The notes beneath the pieces were generated by a model that searched no databases, had not been told where the DNA came from, and saw nothing but the letters and a program-made list of their open reading frames with translations. Position numbers and translations under genes: made by a program. This document shows positions 1 through 13,934 of a stretch of 64,000 nt of DNA, piece after piece. The DNA is from Balanoglossus misakiensis (lineage: Eukaryota; Animalia; Hemichordata): the NCBI GenBank assembly GCA_040954595.2, contig CM082581.2, positions 4,394,699-4,458,698 on the forward strand, in the 5' to 3' direction. How positions within the stretch are numbered: position 1 is the first letter of the stretch; each line of letters begins with the position of its first letter.

Positions 1-1238
1 GGACAGCGCCCGCATGTCATGCCTTACGACCATCGGTCCGTGCAAACAAATCTAGAATTCAAAAGTTGAAAGAAATTTCCCCAATTTCAAGTTGTTAGTC
101 GATAATTAATGGTAAACTTTCGTGTCTTTCGTATTTGTTAGAATCACTTCTGCAAAATTTACATTTCGAGTTGAACACCTTGTGCGAAATAATGGCCATT
201 GTCCACACTGTAGTCACTGAACCGTGTTAATTGATGATCGTGTTTCTTTGCATTAATTAGGGACGTATTTTGGCCTGCTCAAGGCAAGCGAAGATTACGA
301 CAGCCATTTGATTGTGCATACTGCACCGAAGAATGTACCAACTCCGTACGTTTCTTTGTAAACATGTACTTTATCAAATCCTCCATATGAAATGTCAAGT
401 AATGAAAAAATATAAATGGTGTTATTTGAATGACGTACACTGGCTGCGCTTGTGAAAGTACAGTTATAGAATACACCACATCACGTAAACTTGAAAAAAA
501 AACTTCTACGGCACAGATGGCGAGCAGAGACCACATAGTTCTGTCGTCATATCACGGGCTGCAGTGATGGATTACATTTTCTTGAGTATGTCTTGAAAGT
601 GTGGTCTTTAAAACCGCATTTGCCAGTCTGTGGTACTTGTATCGCTGGATATGCTAATTGCCCTCGACAGTTTTTTCTTTCTCCTTTGCACGATAATTAA
701 TTTCAAAATACATGTACATTCGATATTTCAAATGAAACCATTGTGGTAAATTTGCCACTTGCCATCTACACTGTATAGTTACTTAGGTTCGCAATTTCCA
801 CTTAATTGAATACGAAAACAAATTTTGTGTGGAAGTTTTATACATAGTTATGCTCTATATCCTATCATGATTTTCTCACATGTCGGGTAGATTAATAGTG
901 TGATTTACAATATACACGAAAGGTGGGAATACGCTGATGACGTGTCATGCCAGATTAACGAATCCGCTTGTTCTGTCTTTAAATATAACCAATTAATGTT
1001 TTTCGCATTAGTTCTTGTATACACCGACCTCTTAGACAGGGGCACTCTTTCTTTCTATTGAACCATTTATCATGTGGATCAATTTCCTTTTAAAGATGTA
1101 AAGTAATAGCGGTCTTTCATGATGCCGCCATCGGTTCTGCGACAAATGGTTGCAAAGGAAAGCCGCACAAATCATGTGATGTGATGTGATGTTATGTGGT
1201 GTGGTGTGGTGTGGTGTGGAGTGGTGTGGTGTGGTGTG

Positions 1239-1272
<34 letters not shown>

Positions 1273-2000
1273 ATGTATGTATGTATGTATGTATGTATGT
1301 ATGTATGTATGTATGTATGTATGTATGTATGTATGTATGTATGTATGTATGTATGTATGTATGTATGTATGTATGTATGTATGTATGTATATGTATGTAG
1401 GCGTTTGTATGTGCTTGCGTGCGTGCGTGTGTGTGTGTAGCTACACCAGCGTGAGATACAACCGTATCATCGACATGTTGCAATGCTTTATATTGTCATA
1501 CGTGATTTATTATTCGGCTGCGATATTAAATTGCACTGATGACTAGCAACAATTTCATGATTGTCGCTGGCACTTTCGCCGATAAAATACAATATATGGA
1601 TGTCATAAACCGTCTTTTGAATGGAAAACAGTCACGTTCTACGTTTGGGTTAATTAATTAGAACGCTTTTCATGCCGCATCGCGTTTTCACCTGGAAAGT
1701 GGTGACAGACGTGTCGCTGAATACTCTTCCTTATATTGTTGCAGTCTTCACTCAACCTTTTCAAAGGGGGACTTAGTCGACCTATTGAGTAACTTACTAT
1801 GACTGCTTCAATCGAGAAGTAAATGGAAGACCTCGGGGGCAATTTAAATTCTGATCAAAGATTTTTTGTAGCTGGGGATTAATTAAAATCTTCCACACTA
1901 AATTGCCTCTTAAGTGAAGCCCGCGCAAAATTGTCTCTTAAAACTGACACTATAGGCGAAGTTTAGCATCGGAAATGGGTGACCATTCGAGAAGTTTTAC
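1..2000 (-). pseudogene. Decayed LRR ectodomain (TLR-like unit 0), cut by the window start and interrupted by a microsatellite
   Basis: Minus-strand LRR-consensus (LxxLxLxxNxIxxIxxxxFxxL) fragments: LRGLHLRGNLV (~1925-1895), PPLKRLSEDCNNIRKSIQRHVCHHFP (ORF 1654-1842), SSLRDVVYSITVL and MEDLIKYMFTKKRTEL (ORF 279-536), LSTNNLK (~105-85). Stops and frameshifts lie between the fragments. Confidence 0.55.
1174..1438. repeat. Compound microsatellite (ATGTG)n-(GTGTG/TGTGG)n-(TG)n-(TATG)n
   Basis: Directly visible. The long TATG tract (~1256-1398) explains the spurious CMYV/HTYI ORFs. Confidence 0.98.
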
Positions 2001-2079
2001 GATTCAAAGGAGGGTCTTTAGAATTTATCAACGCTTATTTCGTATTCGGATTCCATTCTTATAAACACGGTTACAAAAA

Positions 2080-5000
2080 ACGACGAGAGCATTTTGATTT
2101 ATCGAAAAGTGCTTTACCACGGAGTAATCTACTTTAACACTTTGACATTTGAGAGAATCTTTATTTTCGTTTTCAGGCCACCGGCCCATATGCAAAGTGG
2201 GTACATTCAGAGTGTTTCGTAATACAATTACACAATATATACTAGGGGAAACACATATTAAGAGAGAAAGTGTCTGACAAAACATGCTAAATACATAAAA
2301 AACATCATGAGTTTTCCCTCCACAAACGCCTTTTCTCTAAGCTTGAATGCTCTGTATATACAATATCAAAGTTGTATATTGTGAGTCATCTGAGATAGAT
2401 GACCTCAATAACCATGTAAATTTACAACAGGTTCGATCCAAAAACAAGTCTTTCGGTTGGTATCGATGTCTTAATTTATTGTACAATGAGCAAATAGGAA
2501 GTGGTACCAATCTTCATACTCTGCAGGAGCTAGAGCACTGTTCTTTCTTCTGCTTTCCTCTATCGCAAGAAATTCAAAAAGTGTAGGAATTTGTTTTAAG
2601 CGCGCGAGACAAGAGAGTCACATGTCTTTGTATAGTGTTTGAAAATAATTCAACACTTTTAATAAATATTCGGCTGGCTGGCAAACAAAATGAACACTAT
2701 TTCCGGAATATCGTTTCTCTGAAAATGGGCTTCGAATCGACATATAACGAAATCTATCTGAAGCGATTTTATCGTCTTAAAGGGCAGGTTTTCTGTAAAC
2801 CAAGTCTTTTGTATTATATGCCACAGCTATGGGAATGACGGGGCAAAGCCGGGCTCCAAATCCTAGTAATTGACCAGAAATGCCGTATTTTAAAATGCTA
2901 CACACGAGGGATTACGTCATAAGACGGCAGGGGACGTCGTCTTTTGGGAACCTGGCAAATCTTTAATATCTATGTAAGAAGCCCCAAGATACAGTCCATA
3001 TCTGTGGAATGTATGGTCCTATTCAAATTTAAAATTACAATCCACACGACCCATCTGCGAAAACCACTACCCCCACCATCAATTATCTCGTAAGCACAAA
3101 ATAATCCGCCAACCAGGAATGTTCTATCCTCATACAAAACAAAAAAGGTGCATGTACCTTCTGCCTTTAAAGCACAATCACCTTCCGAAGTTGAGCTCTC
3201 CACGAAATGATGCACGAGGCCACAAGGAACTCAGTGACAAGTGAATATATCTCTATAGATATGTGTATACCTGTATCGTTTTATTGTGAATACATTTTCG
3301 TCTTCACCGATATGATTTAAACGCTATATTTAAATAGAAGCGGAAAAGTGACAGCCTTAAAGTCGCAAATGATGCCATGAACAATCATCCAACATCTATA
3401 TTTTCGAGGATTAAATTGCCTGAAAATGAGTAATGGTACGGAAGTATGGTTCATGCATTTTTATAACCAGTATTGAACCATTTTATGGACATTTGAATAA
3501 TACAACAATAACATTCGGAATGAGTAAACGTTCGATAGCATGTTATTTACTGTATCTTCACGTACTTTTTACTCGATGTGAATCGAAAACGGAATTGTTC
3601 AAAGACCACCTTATATACAAGTCATTATCACTCCCACTTCAGCCGATTCGATCTCCTCGCATGGCGACTTTGAAATGTTACACCATTTTAAACATGAAAG
3701 CAATAAACGGTATAGAAACTAATCAATAAAATTGCATTATGTATAAAGATGTTCAATATGACTGATCATACAGCAACAGTTGAACCCCAGCCGCTAAGAT
3801 TCACCAGCCGCGTGGATAATGACTCCATTAAGCAACTGTTATAACGCAATCCATTCACTGCTCATATTTTATCGTTCGATAAATGCTAGTTATTCGGAAT
3901 CGTGACAAATCTTCTCATTATACTTGAAATGCAAAAGGAGATAGCGAAAGCCGAATGATCTATTGAAGTGCTTAGCGACAGACTCGTTAACAATAAACCC
4001 AGAAAGATGCAGATATTAAAACAACATCTGCCCATATGATGAGACAAACTGGGTTTTTATCTTATCTTTTGACGCGATATGTGACCTTTTAAGGCCAACC
4101 AATGTTTCACGTCAAACTATCGAAAGAATGAATGCACGATCAATTTTGTATTGGCACCATTTATTCGACACTTGCTCAGTTTTACGTATAAATATGGATA
4201 TAAATAAATGTCCTGCTCATCCATCAAGCGGTAAATGATATTGTTCGAATGCGAATGGAAACGCAATGTGATGTGAGGTGAGGTGAGAAGAACCTCTTGA
4301 TTGTAGTGGTCGTGGCGTGAATATTTGCTGACGTAGTATAAGTATTAATACAAAAGCGAAGATTGTATTTCTCGAGGAAAACTTCATTTGTCCGAATGTA
4401 ACTCTCCGTACATTCACTGTTATGCATGATTTATGACCAGATTCAGTATTCAATAACTGCCACGGAGTTGAGTGATCTTGACAGTGCGTGTGTTATCCGC
4501 GATTTCACTCTTTTGTTCCATCAGCACTGGTTTCGCTAAGATTTTTTCCAAGAAATGTGTAAAGAGGTTGCACTTATTTATTTATACAACGTACTCATCG
4601 TAATTTCTTACACGAAATACCAATGTGCAATATTTCTCAATCTGGCGGCTTTTTAAAAAGGCGGCAAACGAACAACTGTATAGTCAATTCGTTTCCAGGT
4701 TTATAATCCACAAGTTACGCATGTTTTGCCAAACACCATTCTTGTCCGTGTGTCCACCTTGTGTGCTATTTTATTCATTAAGATTACAACCTTACCTAGA
4801 AGCTTAATTAGCAAAGTTAACCTTCGCCAAGTCAGGTTTTATTCGGGAAATTGGATTGCACCGTATTAACCAAATTGATTTTCAGTCACAATCGAGGCCG
4901 CTGAGTTCATTAAAGCATTTCTTTTTGTATGTTTGTTTGGAACTCTGTTATATGGCCGATCCTGCAATCGTAAACTATCAGGAATGCGACAAGTCTCTTC

Positions 5001-5200
5001 ATCTATAACTCTATCAGATCGCGGCTCCATTACGCTGTCGTTTCTGGAATATGAACGAGGATCAGAAGTGCGTGAAGACTCGATTAGTCTTGCAATTAAG
5101 GGCCTGATTACTCGCTAGAATTCAGGAACGAAAAAGAAGAACCGGTTCCAAATTAACTGCTCAATTAAGTCCGCAGTTTCGTCTTTCAGTCGTTTCCATC
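2080..5200 (-). pseudogene. Decayed TLR-like gene (unit 1)
   Basis: LRRNT-like LNCKTNRV (~5100). Very clear LRRs: NGVWQNMRNLWIINLETN*LYSCSFAAFLKSRQI (4740-4637), FLGLLLTSLSLSTSIDHSAFA (~4005-3943), IVILNLNRTIHSTDMDCILGL (ORF 2970-3215). Weak LRRCT at ~2840-2790. TIR-like KDL..GSNLL...VIE (~2455-2405) and C-terminal WPENE (ORF 2028-2285). Confidence 0.65.
4349..4408 (-). repeat. Dispersed repeat fragment, inverted homologue of 10196-10257
   Basis: The reverse complement cggagagttacattcggacaaatgaagttttcctcgagaaatacaatcttc closely matches cggagagttacattcgcacaaatgaagttttccctgaaaaatacgatcttc at 10196. Confidence 0.85.
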
Positions 5201-5299
5201 TAGCCAACATTTATAGCACGGTTAGGTCAACACCGGCGGGCCAGAGGGCGCAAACTTCCCTGTATTGACATAAAAACAGTTTGTCAGAAAACAAATTAC

Positions 5300-7600
5300 T
5301 ATCTAGACACAAAGACGACACATCCTATCAAATATCGCGCGAGATCTTGATGATGGCGGGGCATAATCATTTATTGACAGCGTATTATGGATGGCATTTA
5401 TAAGAATTATGGAATTTTGTTTTTAGTTAAAAGCACAAGCGAAAAAGCGGGGTCATTAACCCTTTATTTAATTCCCATAAAGTATGTGGATATTAGGGGT
5501 ATGGTATGTATGGTAAATACATTTCTTAGGCGAATTCCTGAGTAATTGCGGGCAATAAAATGCAGAGTGTATTATAGTGACAATTTGCACTCCCACGAAT
5601 TTGACGCTTGGATAACCTTTAATGTGACTACGTGCATTAAGGGCTGCAATGTGTGATACTGTAATGAACTACCTCCCCGATAGTTCCGGCGCTAATATTG
5701 ATCATCCAAACTAGGAAATACCTCACAGACGGACAAGAAAGTTGCGTTCGTATTCAGGGAAATATCGACGCATGCAGAATGCAGATGGCGGCGTCGACGG
5801 ACGGGGTGCGGATACGACGTGAAACATAAATGACATTAAAAGGAGTACTAAATGTACGTCTGAAAGTGGCATAAACTCTAAAGGCGGTCAGTGAACTTGT
5901 CGCAGTTTGTGATTTTCACAGACGATCTCCCAATTCATTAGCTTGTTTTACAATCCAAGGACATAGAATTACGGATTTGACCCAATGGACCCCCATTACA
6001 TCTAGCTGATTATCTGCCGACAGTATAGCAAGACCTTTCTTTCGTTTACATCTCACGTGAATACACTACGTGACACATGTGTCAATCCAATACTGACCTT
6101 CACAAATTCACAGTAATGCCGTTCGTTGATATATCACTAACAATATAATACTCCCAAAACGACTTACGGAGACGAACCGGAAGACTTTCCCTTGTAAATT
6201 TGTTTTCTGTGAACATGAGTGTCGAGATGGTGAGAAACGGCCCACGCAAACAGTTCTCCTGTCAAGAACATGTACACCTGTCCACATCTGCAGTAAACAC
6301 CAAACATGACAAGCGATAACTTATCTCTCAGCAGCCCCAGGGACTGAAAAGATTACTGATGATTGTACACCACTGTTCAAAAATTGAGTTATACTATATG
6401 AAAACGTCCCTTTTCCGTTCATTTAACGATGTCATCCGCAATTCCGTTTTACAACCTCGGCATACACTTGTGCCTGGCAGCATTGTTTAATGTCGAACGA
6501 CTCTCCGACCCCTGAGTTTATTGTTGTAATCGATACTAATATTCTTCGATGTTGTGCTGCAGAATCAGCGAACACGCTCTCGGCTTGACGCCTCTCACTT
6601 TTTTTCAAGTACTAACCATGGCGCCATTAGTGTTTCAGGCGAAATACTCATGGCTTCGGTTCAAAATTATTCTTGTAAACAAAACGATACTGAACATTAA
6701 ATTATGTATGCCCTCCGAAACTTTAAAAAAAATCGACACAATTTTCTTCCCATTAAATTTGATCGGAATAACAAACCGTAATTCAGTAATGGATATTGAA
6801 CCTATCACGTTTGTTAGTAAGGCGACCTCTTTTGGCTGAAAATTGCGAGTAAAACCAATTTGCACGGGACGTGTTATAGATTTTCCGAATGTCTTTTGCT
6901 GCGTACGAAATATTTAATCACAATCCCCCTCACTGTAAATTACTCACATATCAATATACTTTTTAAATGATCGACTGTCGATTTAGCATGCTCCCGGTTA
7001 CAACAACAATACATATCCAATTTAACCAGATAAGCCTATCGAGTTTCTGCCGAATTTCATGTCCTAAAATAGAACACCCGATGCTTCAAAATTTTTTCAT
7101 CTATTTTTCTTCGGGACGATAATTGACGCCAGCATGCTCTATCTTTAGCGTTGATTAGCCAGGGGTGAATGTCCGTGTACACATTGTCGAGTATAATTTG
7201 CACTTACAGTGAACGGTCAATGTATCCACTTTACATGTTGTCAACCATAAACTCAAACAACCCACAATTCATGTATTTGTTCCAAAGACCATATTACATT
7301 TTGTAGCTGATGTCTATCAGGCATCTTTCCCGCCAATAAGAGAATGTGAGAGTACTTTCAACGCTGCATTCAGTTTCAACACTGACGGCAATTAATCAAT
7401 GTTTATAATTTCTTCAGTATCTGATAAATTTATTGAAGTACTGTCTTGGTTTATTGCAATATCTATTGAACCAACACCACTGGATAGTGCTTACTCCACG
7501 ACATCCTTGCAACAGTATCGTATAATGTCTACTACCACGTAGAAATATAAAATTGTGTCAAGATATGTTTTTGTGTGTTAAAGTGTTCAATGACCCAGAT
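5300..7600 (-). pseudogene. Decayed TLR-like gene (unit 2)
   Basis: LRRNT end INQDSTSINLSD (~7460-7420). Consecutive in-register LRRs GKSITRPVQIGFTRNFQPKEVALLTNVIGSISITEL...IKFNGKKIVSIFFKVSEGIHNL (ORF 6635-6865 and upstream). LRRCT IGSNP*FYVLGL*NKLMNW..CENHKLR (~5986-5900). Hydrophobic TM-like HLVLLLMSFMF (~5855-5822). TIR motifs WMIN/ILAPEL (~5709-5680) and TLCILLP (~5570-5550). Confidence 0.7.
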
Positions 7601-7949
7601 TACTAGAATATTCGGTGCTAGTGGGTGAATGGGAGGTGTGGTGGCCAGTTAATAGTGTTTTCATATCGTGGGTGTACACGCATGTTGTTTACGGCTTTTG
7701 ACAAGATGACTGCCCGGATGAGTTTAACAGGTTACGTGAATTTGCATATTGCTAGTGCTGCATCTGTTGTTTGTTGACGAATGCCGCGCACCAATTAGCG
7801 TCGAGGACGCCATTGATGAGGAGCTTGTTTAGTGCTTAGCCGGACATTATGAAATGACGCGTTACACGTGTACTACAAGTCACCATGTCTACTAGTTTAT
7901 CCATTTTCAAAACTGATTTTCACACTAAGCAAGATTTTGACTGATTATC

Positions 7950-9720
7950 ATCGTTAGTTCTTAGAGAAGTATTTTACTGTTGTCATACACCCTGTATTTC
8001 TTTCGTTTAAATGCGTATTGTAGGCCACTGACCAGTTGAAACATATTGCTTGTGTCCAAGTAAATTTCTATCCAAACTCCCGTTTGGTAGTTGTAAATCA
8101 AATTAAAGTCACAGTTGACAAGAGTATTCCCTGTAATCTTGTGACACGCTGTCGTGAATGATTTCGGTTAGTCTGCACGATGTAAACCAGATGATCCGGA
8201 CACTTGGGTGGCCCACGTTCATCGTCTAGTATATTGCAATCACCACTTTATTATAATCACAACAATAATTGTACCAGTAAGCTTATCAAAGACCAGAGTT
8301 TAACTTGGGTCGTGACTTGCAAGATATAAGAACATACGCACGGTGTCCCGTGAGACTATCTTCGTATAAACCAATTTAGATATAGTGGGGAGTGCCGTGC
8401 TTGTGAAGCGATATTTACCTCCTGATAATTGATGATGTCGCGTTTTGTGGCAAAAGGGGGGGGGTCAGAGACCGGTTTTACTGATTCACTTTGATGATTG
8501 GAATGACGACTGAGAGATTAATGAGCACTACCGCAGTATAGATGGAAGTAGATGTAATTTTGTATCTCTGTATTAATAGGAGGCACATTGTGACCCTTGA
8601 CCCTTTGGGGCTTTAAAATATGCCGCGTCGAAATGTATCATATATCGATTATTGTGACGTGTCTATTGAGGTCGGATTGTGACTATTTGTACTTCAGGAA
8701 CAGCGCATATGTCATTAACAACCCTTACCGGCACAGAATAGCGTTGAATCGAATTCTTTCAAGTTAGTCGTGAAAACAGCTGAATAGAGAGAGATAACAT
8801 GATCTAACTTTTGTCCATTTACAAAATGAAAGGAATCACGTCATCATATTTGAAATAATATTTAATTATTATTCCCATAGTGATACCCGGATGACGCGTT
8901 CGGTAAAGAACACGACTTTCCTTATTTCCTCGTGTGCGATGCAGATTTGTTTCAAAATTCAAAATTTCTTTAGCTATCAGTGGCTGACAGAAAAAAAAAA
9001 ATCTCGCGGACCCTCAGTGCGTTATCGCTGCGGGAGAGGATTTTTGAAAGCTTTTCTCGCAGAAGACACGAAGGAGAAGGCCTGTTTTCCTCAGGCATCT
9101 TCCGAAATCATTCGATATTGGATGCCGGTTTATCGTTTCCTTCTTTTGGTGGTGGGTTTCTGCCCACTGGAAATCCGCTGTTGTTAAACCCAGTTTACCT
9201 AAATCCGAAATACGTTTCTTTGTTTTCGTGATAACCTTTTCCATTTCTATAGTTCCGAGCAAACGAACTCTGGTTACTCCCCCCATTGAACGATCCAAAC
9301 CGGAAGGCAAAGTCGTGTCGTATTCAGGTCCTGTTCTCCGAAAAAAACCCATCTTGAACTCACTTCAGCAGATTATACTAGTGTCATATTATCGGGTTAC
9401 GCCTAATTTATTATAGATGATGAAGTCTTCTACCATGTTAAAAGTGATATCGATAAAATCAATCGAATGTTTTAGCTTTGGACTCGGTTCCCAATTAAGC
9501 AAGTCCATGAAATGAAGTGTAAACGTGCAAGGTAGAGCAACTGTTCTTATAATTGGTGGTATACCATATGTGTACACAGAGCGGAAAACCGATATGTACA
9601 CTCAGGCTGTTAGGATGCTACGGTCAAGACATCAAAAGTCGATCCGGTCAGTTGCAAAAGTATTCTTGGGACAATTTAAAATACCATTTACTTTGTATTA
9701 GTCTGGCTGTTCAAAGGAAC
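7950..9720 (-). pseudogene. Decayed LRR ectodomain, LRRNT to LRRCT, no TM/TIR seen (unit 3)
   Basis: LRRNT CPKN...CLDRSILTA...GIPPIIRTVAL (~9675-9535). LRRs FIDITFNMV, TTLPSGLDRSMGGVTRVRLLGT (9316-9251) and VFDKLT (~8292-8275). LRRCT ITGNTLVNCDFNL (~8137-8099). Confidence 0.6.
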
Positions 9721-10195
9721 AGATATCCGATTCGTAGAAACAGCCAGATTCAATTAAACGGAACGTGGGGTTAAGCTGCATATGGATTAAAGTAAGGCCA
9801 TGTACATGTATATACGTATTGCTGTTTGGTTATATCAAATGACTTTGACAGAAAGAGCAGCCTAGGGGCTGTATTACGAGTCCACTCAAAATTTAACCAG
9901 CTTTAACAGCCATTTTAATTATTGGACTCTTTTGCTGGAAAACGATTCCCACTCATGAAAAATATGGTACAGTGATCTTGCAGAAGGTACACCCACGAAT
10001 ATGAATAATGTATGATTAATTCTTTAATGCACCCTCGGCTACCTCACATATGATCTAACGGATCACACATATAATCTGGTCAACCGCCTTACTAACAGAA
10101 TAAAAATTAATTCTTAGGTTGAATGCGCGTTGAAGCTAGGTTTTGCATTTCGACCAATGGGACCGCGACATACTTATTTCTTCTGACTAAAACTT

Positions 10196-10257
10196 CGGAG
10201 AGTTACATTCGCACAAATGAAGTTTTCCCTGAAAAATACGATCTTCACATCTTGTAT
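10196..10257 (+). repeat. Dispersed repeat fragment (same family as 4349-4408)
   Basis: Direct sequence similarity to the reverse complement of 4349-4408. Confidence 0.85.
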
Positions 10258-11049
10258 CGTGTATACTTCGAGTAACTTGCACAATATCTAATAAGGAATG
10301 ATAACAATCGCAAAAACTATTTTCAAATATACTAGGGTCATCCACTTTTCGTTATTAGTTACTAATCATATTGGCTCATATGAAACACGATGACGTACAG
10401 GAAACTTTGCAATTTGATGGTTTAGGACTGGTTACTTCATGTTGTTTCGTATTTTTCGACCAAACGTTACACTCAAATCAAGGCAATTTATGCATATCAC
10501 ATACTGAAGGTTTTCAATTATAGTAAAACTCTATGAGGGGCAAATAACTGCAGGACCATGCAACACGTGACCTGTTCCTCCTAAGCTACCGATCACGCAG
10601 ACATTAATATAAACCCTGCAGGATGTTAAATGCAGGTGTTTTAACGAAAAAAAATATACAAAGAAAGCCGTTTCTTCGTATGCATCATACATTCAAGTTT
10701 TAGTGAAAATTTAATTTTCCAAAGGTTGCGGGTTCGACTACGCCAAAACAGCCATGAGGTCAAGGTTGTGACCTGTGGGTCACAATCGGTAAACAGGCAC
10801 CGAACACCTTGTTTTTAATCCGCCTTTACAGTACATGCGACCATGCAGTTGTGTGCAATGTCGTTAGGTTCGTATTGATCCGGTGCGCGTCCTTGGTAAT
10901 TGACTTTTTAATTGATAATGCCTGTTGGCATCGCATACACATCACGGATACACACACCAGGCTGACTTTTCACCGTGCGATGCATAATAACAACGGGACA
11001 ATAGCGACAGAGCAGGTGATTCGTAAAAAGCTGAAGCGATCGAAGAAGT

Positions 11050-13900
11050 GACTGAGCTTATCACATGTGTTGACAAGAACTGATACAAATGCATGACCGA
11101 CCACCGAGACACGTGTGTGTTTGTCGGATGATAGGTTTATGTCCTCTGTAGCTTGAAGGTTACAATCACCATTGGCAAAATAACGAAGTTCAAGTTATAC
11201 GATTCTAGTCGGGCAGAGACATTTGCACCGGTAACGGTCATAACAGGGATATAATATTAGTCTTAGGTTGAAAATTTGAATTCTGTCTTTCAGTAGGCGA
11301 GACGCAAATAACGCTTTGTCAAATTCCTTTTATATTCTAGATTTGCATGTTAACTGGTGCCTGGTTGGATGAACCCTCACAGCGAGATACAGGCTATGGA
11401 AACGTTAAAAGGAATACTGGCAGGTGTTGCCTCTGTTTAACCTTTATTTCCCAGAGGCGAAATGACGTTCTTCCTGCCGACGGACATTCAACACGCATTG
11501 TTGCTGGACATTTAATTTTATATAGTCACGCACTCCTAACTATCTCAATTCTGTTTTCAAATGAAAACTCTGTGAGGTTTCCAGACTGGAAGGCAAGGAT
11601 ATAGGAACATACATCACCAATGTAGTTTTAGAAATACGCCGAAAGCATTCAATAAATATTTACCAGAAAGATATTTGAAAATTACATTAATTTAAGCTTA
11701 TCCGATATTTTGAAAGGGATTCACCTTATCCAAAATGTATTGGTCTCCATTCTTTAAATAAAACTGTAAGTATTTTCATAAACATTATACCAAATTCCCC
11801 ACCGCCGGAGTCGCGGAATTTAAAAGAGAAATTATTGTTTTCCACAGTTTTTGAGTAACTTTACACCATTTTGAAGACAAAGAAACATGTACAAAGGACA
11901 AAATGAGAAATAGTGATTAAAGACTGGAATTATCTTAATGTGTGGGTTATCCAATGCAGAGACCTTCTTAAAATATTTCCTAAAGCATTGATTTTATAAG
12001 TAGGACAGCTCTTGTCTGTTTGCATAAGCACTGTGATCAACACAATATCCGACACGGTTACATAGAACGTTATCCCTACATGTGAATGCAGTTAAAGTCC
12101 GCGTAGATGTAAATTATTTATTTCCCTTGCAGTGTTGAACCCGGTTTTGTCGGGGTCGTCTTGACACGATTATACCTACAACATTGAAACTTACGCTCAC
12201 CGATACCAGAGAGTGACATATAGTAATCACAGTTCTTTTCCTCTGTTTATAACCTGTGATCAGTCCTAAAGATGGAAAGTCACATTAACACTTTTAAACT
12301 CATTAGCATATGAGGTCTGTAACATGAAGTACTAAATACTAGTATTCGGGTATACGGCGGCTTCTACGTGTGTGCCTTTAGCTTTTGTTCAAACATACAT
12401 CGGGATATGGTGTTGCTGTAATATGACAGTGCGATCCGGACATATTCGTTTAATAAACCCAGTGTTTTGATACAGCAATTAGTTAGCGGCGCGGCGTTTC
12501 GCGTCGTCCATACGCGGCTCTGGGTTAACCTCTATGCCGTACAAGCCTTCAACTAATGTATCCATGATCATTTAATTCACTCAGACAATATTCAGGCCAC
12601 GTTTGCAATGTATACACAGAAGTTGTATCTAACATCAAAGTTGTTATTGAATGTTTGCCCCTAAGTGTCCACCCAAGGAACACTTGTTTCTGTTGAAAGA
12701 CTTGTGGTCAGTCTTTACGGCGTCATGATTGAATACTAGTAAATCAGACGTGTATATGTAAATAACAGAATTACGTTCACACCAGTGACAACTGAATATG
12801 TGCGTTTGCACTCATCACGGCGCATGCTGGTAACTCGCAATGCAAGAAATCAATTTTCGATCAGATGCTTGATACAGAAAGCGACGTCCGCGGTCGATAT
12901 CCCTTGCAGATAAAGTAGATTGACGCAAAGATACCAAGATGACAAGTGGCATACATCAGAAATCTCCCCATCTACAGTCGTCGTCATTTGACCCAATCAG
13001 TCAAAAGATAAGGAGGGGATTTGGAGTGGAAATTTCTGTTAAAACCGTCCCAGTTCCCTGATATGTCCGCGTGCATAATAAATCATACCTCCTAATGCAA
13101 AGAAATGCAGTTGTTTGATGTTGCCGCAGTGACTAGGCCGTACAAGAGCGATAAAAGCATACCTATAGAAGTTAAAGCTGCAGATACAGAAAGAGCAGTA
13201 GAATAAAAAAACACCTGCACTTGGCTGTATGCGTCGTGGAATTTTTTTTTCAAAATATCTTCTGAAGCCCTCGCATATATATCTATCTTTCCCATTCTGT
13301 GGTCACTGACACACAAGCACTCTCACTCGTATTAAGTACCCATCAATCGTCGGTGCGATGCTCGACGCGACAGCAGCTCAGATAATGCTGGATAATACAA
13401 AAAGGTTAGAATTGAGAAAGTGGGACACGAAAGAAGCACGCATCAACCCCTTAACACTCGCGGAAATCGAGGTTACGTTTAGTAGTATTCACTTGGCAGT
13501 CCTCCGGAATTCCTGAAGGAAGTTGGCCATATGTTTATCATATATATCAGTAGAAGATGAAACATCTCATATTTGAATGGCATACAGACGACCAGGTCAG
13601 AAACGGATCAGCGACATATTTTCAACTGTACGTACATGTAGATGCTGAACTGATTATTGATAAAACAATATTCCTATCCAGTAATACTTTTATTGTCCTT
13701 CGTTTTTACACGTCAAGTTCAGCCGAGCACTTAGCTAAAGAAACAGTAAAAACTCCAACTTTAAACAAAAGTTGTAAAAGGTGTGTCTTACAATTAAGTA
13801 TCCGCAACGGAAAACGGACCAAAGTCACGGACAGCAACATGTATGTGCCCTTCTTGTCAGTAAATCGTTTCGTTTTCAATAGTAATGAAACCCTTGTTCA
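11050..13900 (-). pseudogene. Decayed TLR-like gene (unit 4)
   Basis: LRRNT TCCCP...ILNCKTHLL (~13845-13770). LRRs KVLLDRNIVLSIISSASTCTYS*KYV (~13690-13613), LVTAATSNNCI (13136-13104), IMHADISGN (13079-13053), TLRGKHSITTLMLDTTSVYTL (~12670-12607). LRRCT-like LHLRG..AFTC (~12112-12077). TIR CISL*GFIQPG (11391-11359; compare LCxxxRDFxPG) and SVICVSP (~11315-11295). Confidence 0.65.
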
Positions 13901-13934
13901 TGCTGCGTCAGGCAAACTTCATTTTGCGCAATAA

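Noticed and set aside
1172-1546. Overlapping ORFs with CMYV/HTYI repeats (also CLSV ORFs at 30127 and 38392)
   Set aside because: These are translations of microsatellites.
5930-6900. Second apparent GPCR (SI...ILNR, C*, NP*FY read as NPxxY)
   Set aside because: The same residues fit consecutive 24-aa LRRs exactly, and NP is the LRRCT NPxxCxC start, followed by TM and TIR motifs.
7115-7175. RTE-LINE C-terminal-like WLINAKDRACWRQL
   Set aside because: No upstream reverse-transcriptase motifs or 3' tail, and it lies within unit 2.
10690-10750. tRNA gene (B-box-like GGTTCGA)
   Set aside because: No cloverleaf or clear A-box; at most a decayed SINE head.
13020-13200. GABA-B/class C GPCR-like TM1-TM2 (SIGMLL; NN...LGGMIYYA)
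   Set aside because: The spacing is wrong and the segment reads as LRRs (LVTAATSNNCI, IMHADISGN) within unit 4.
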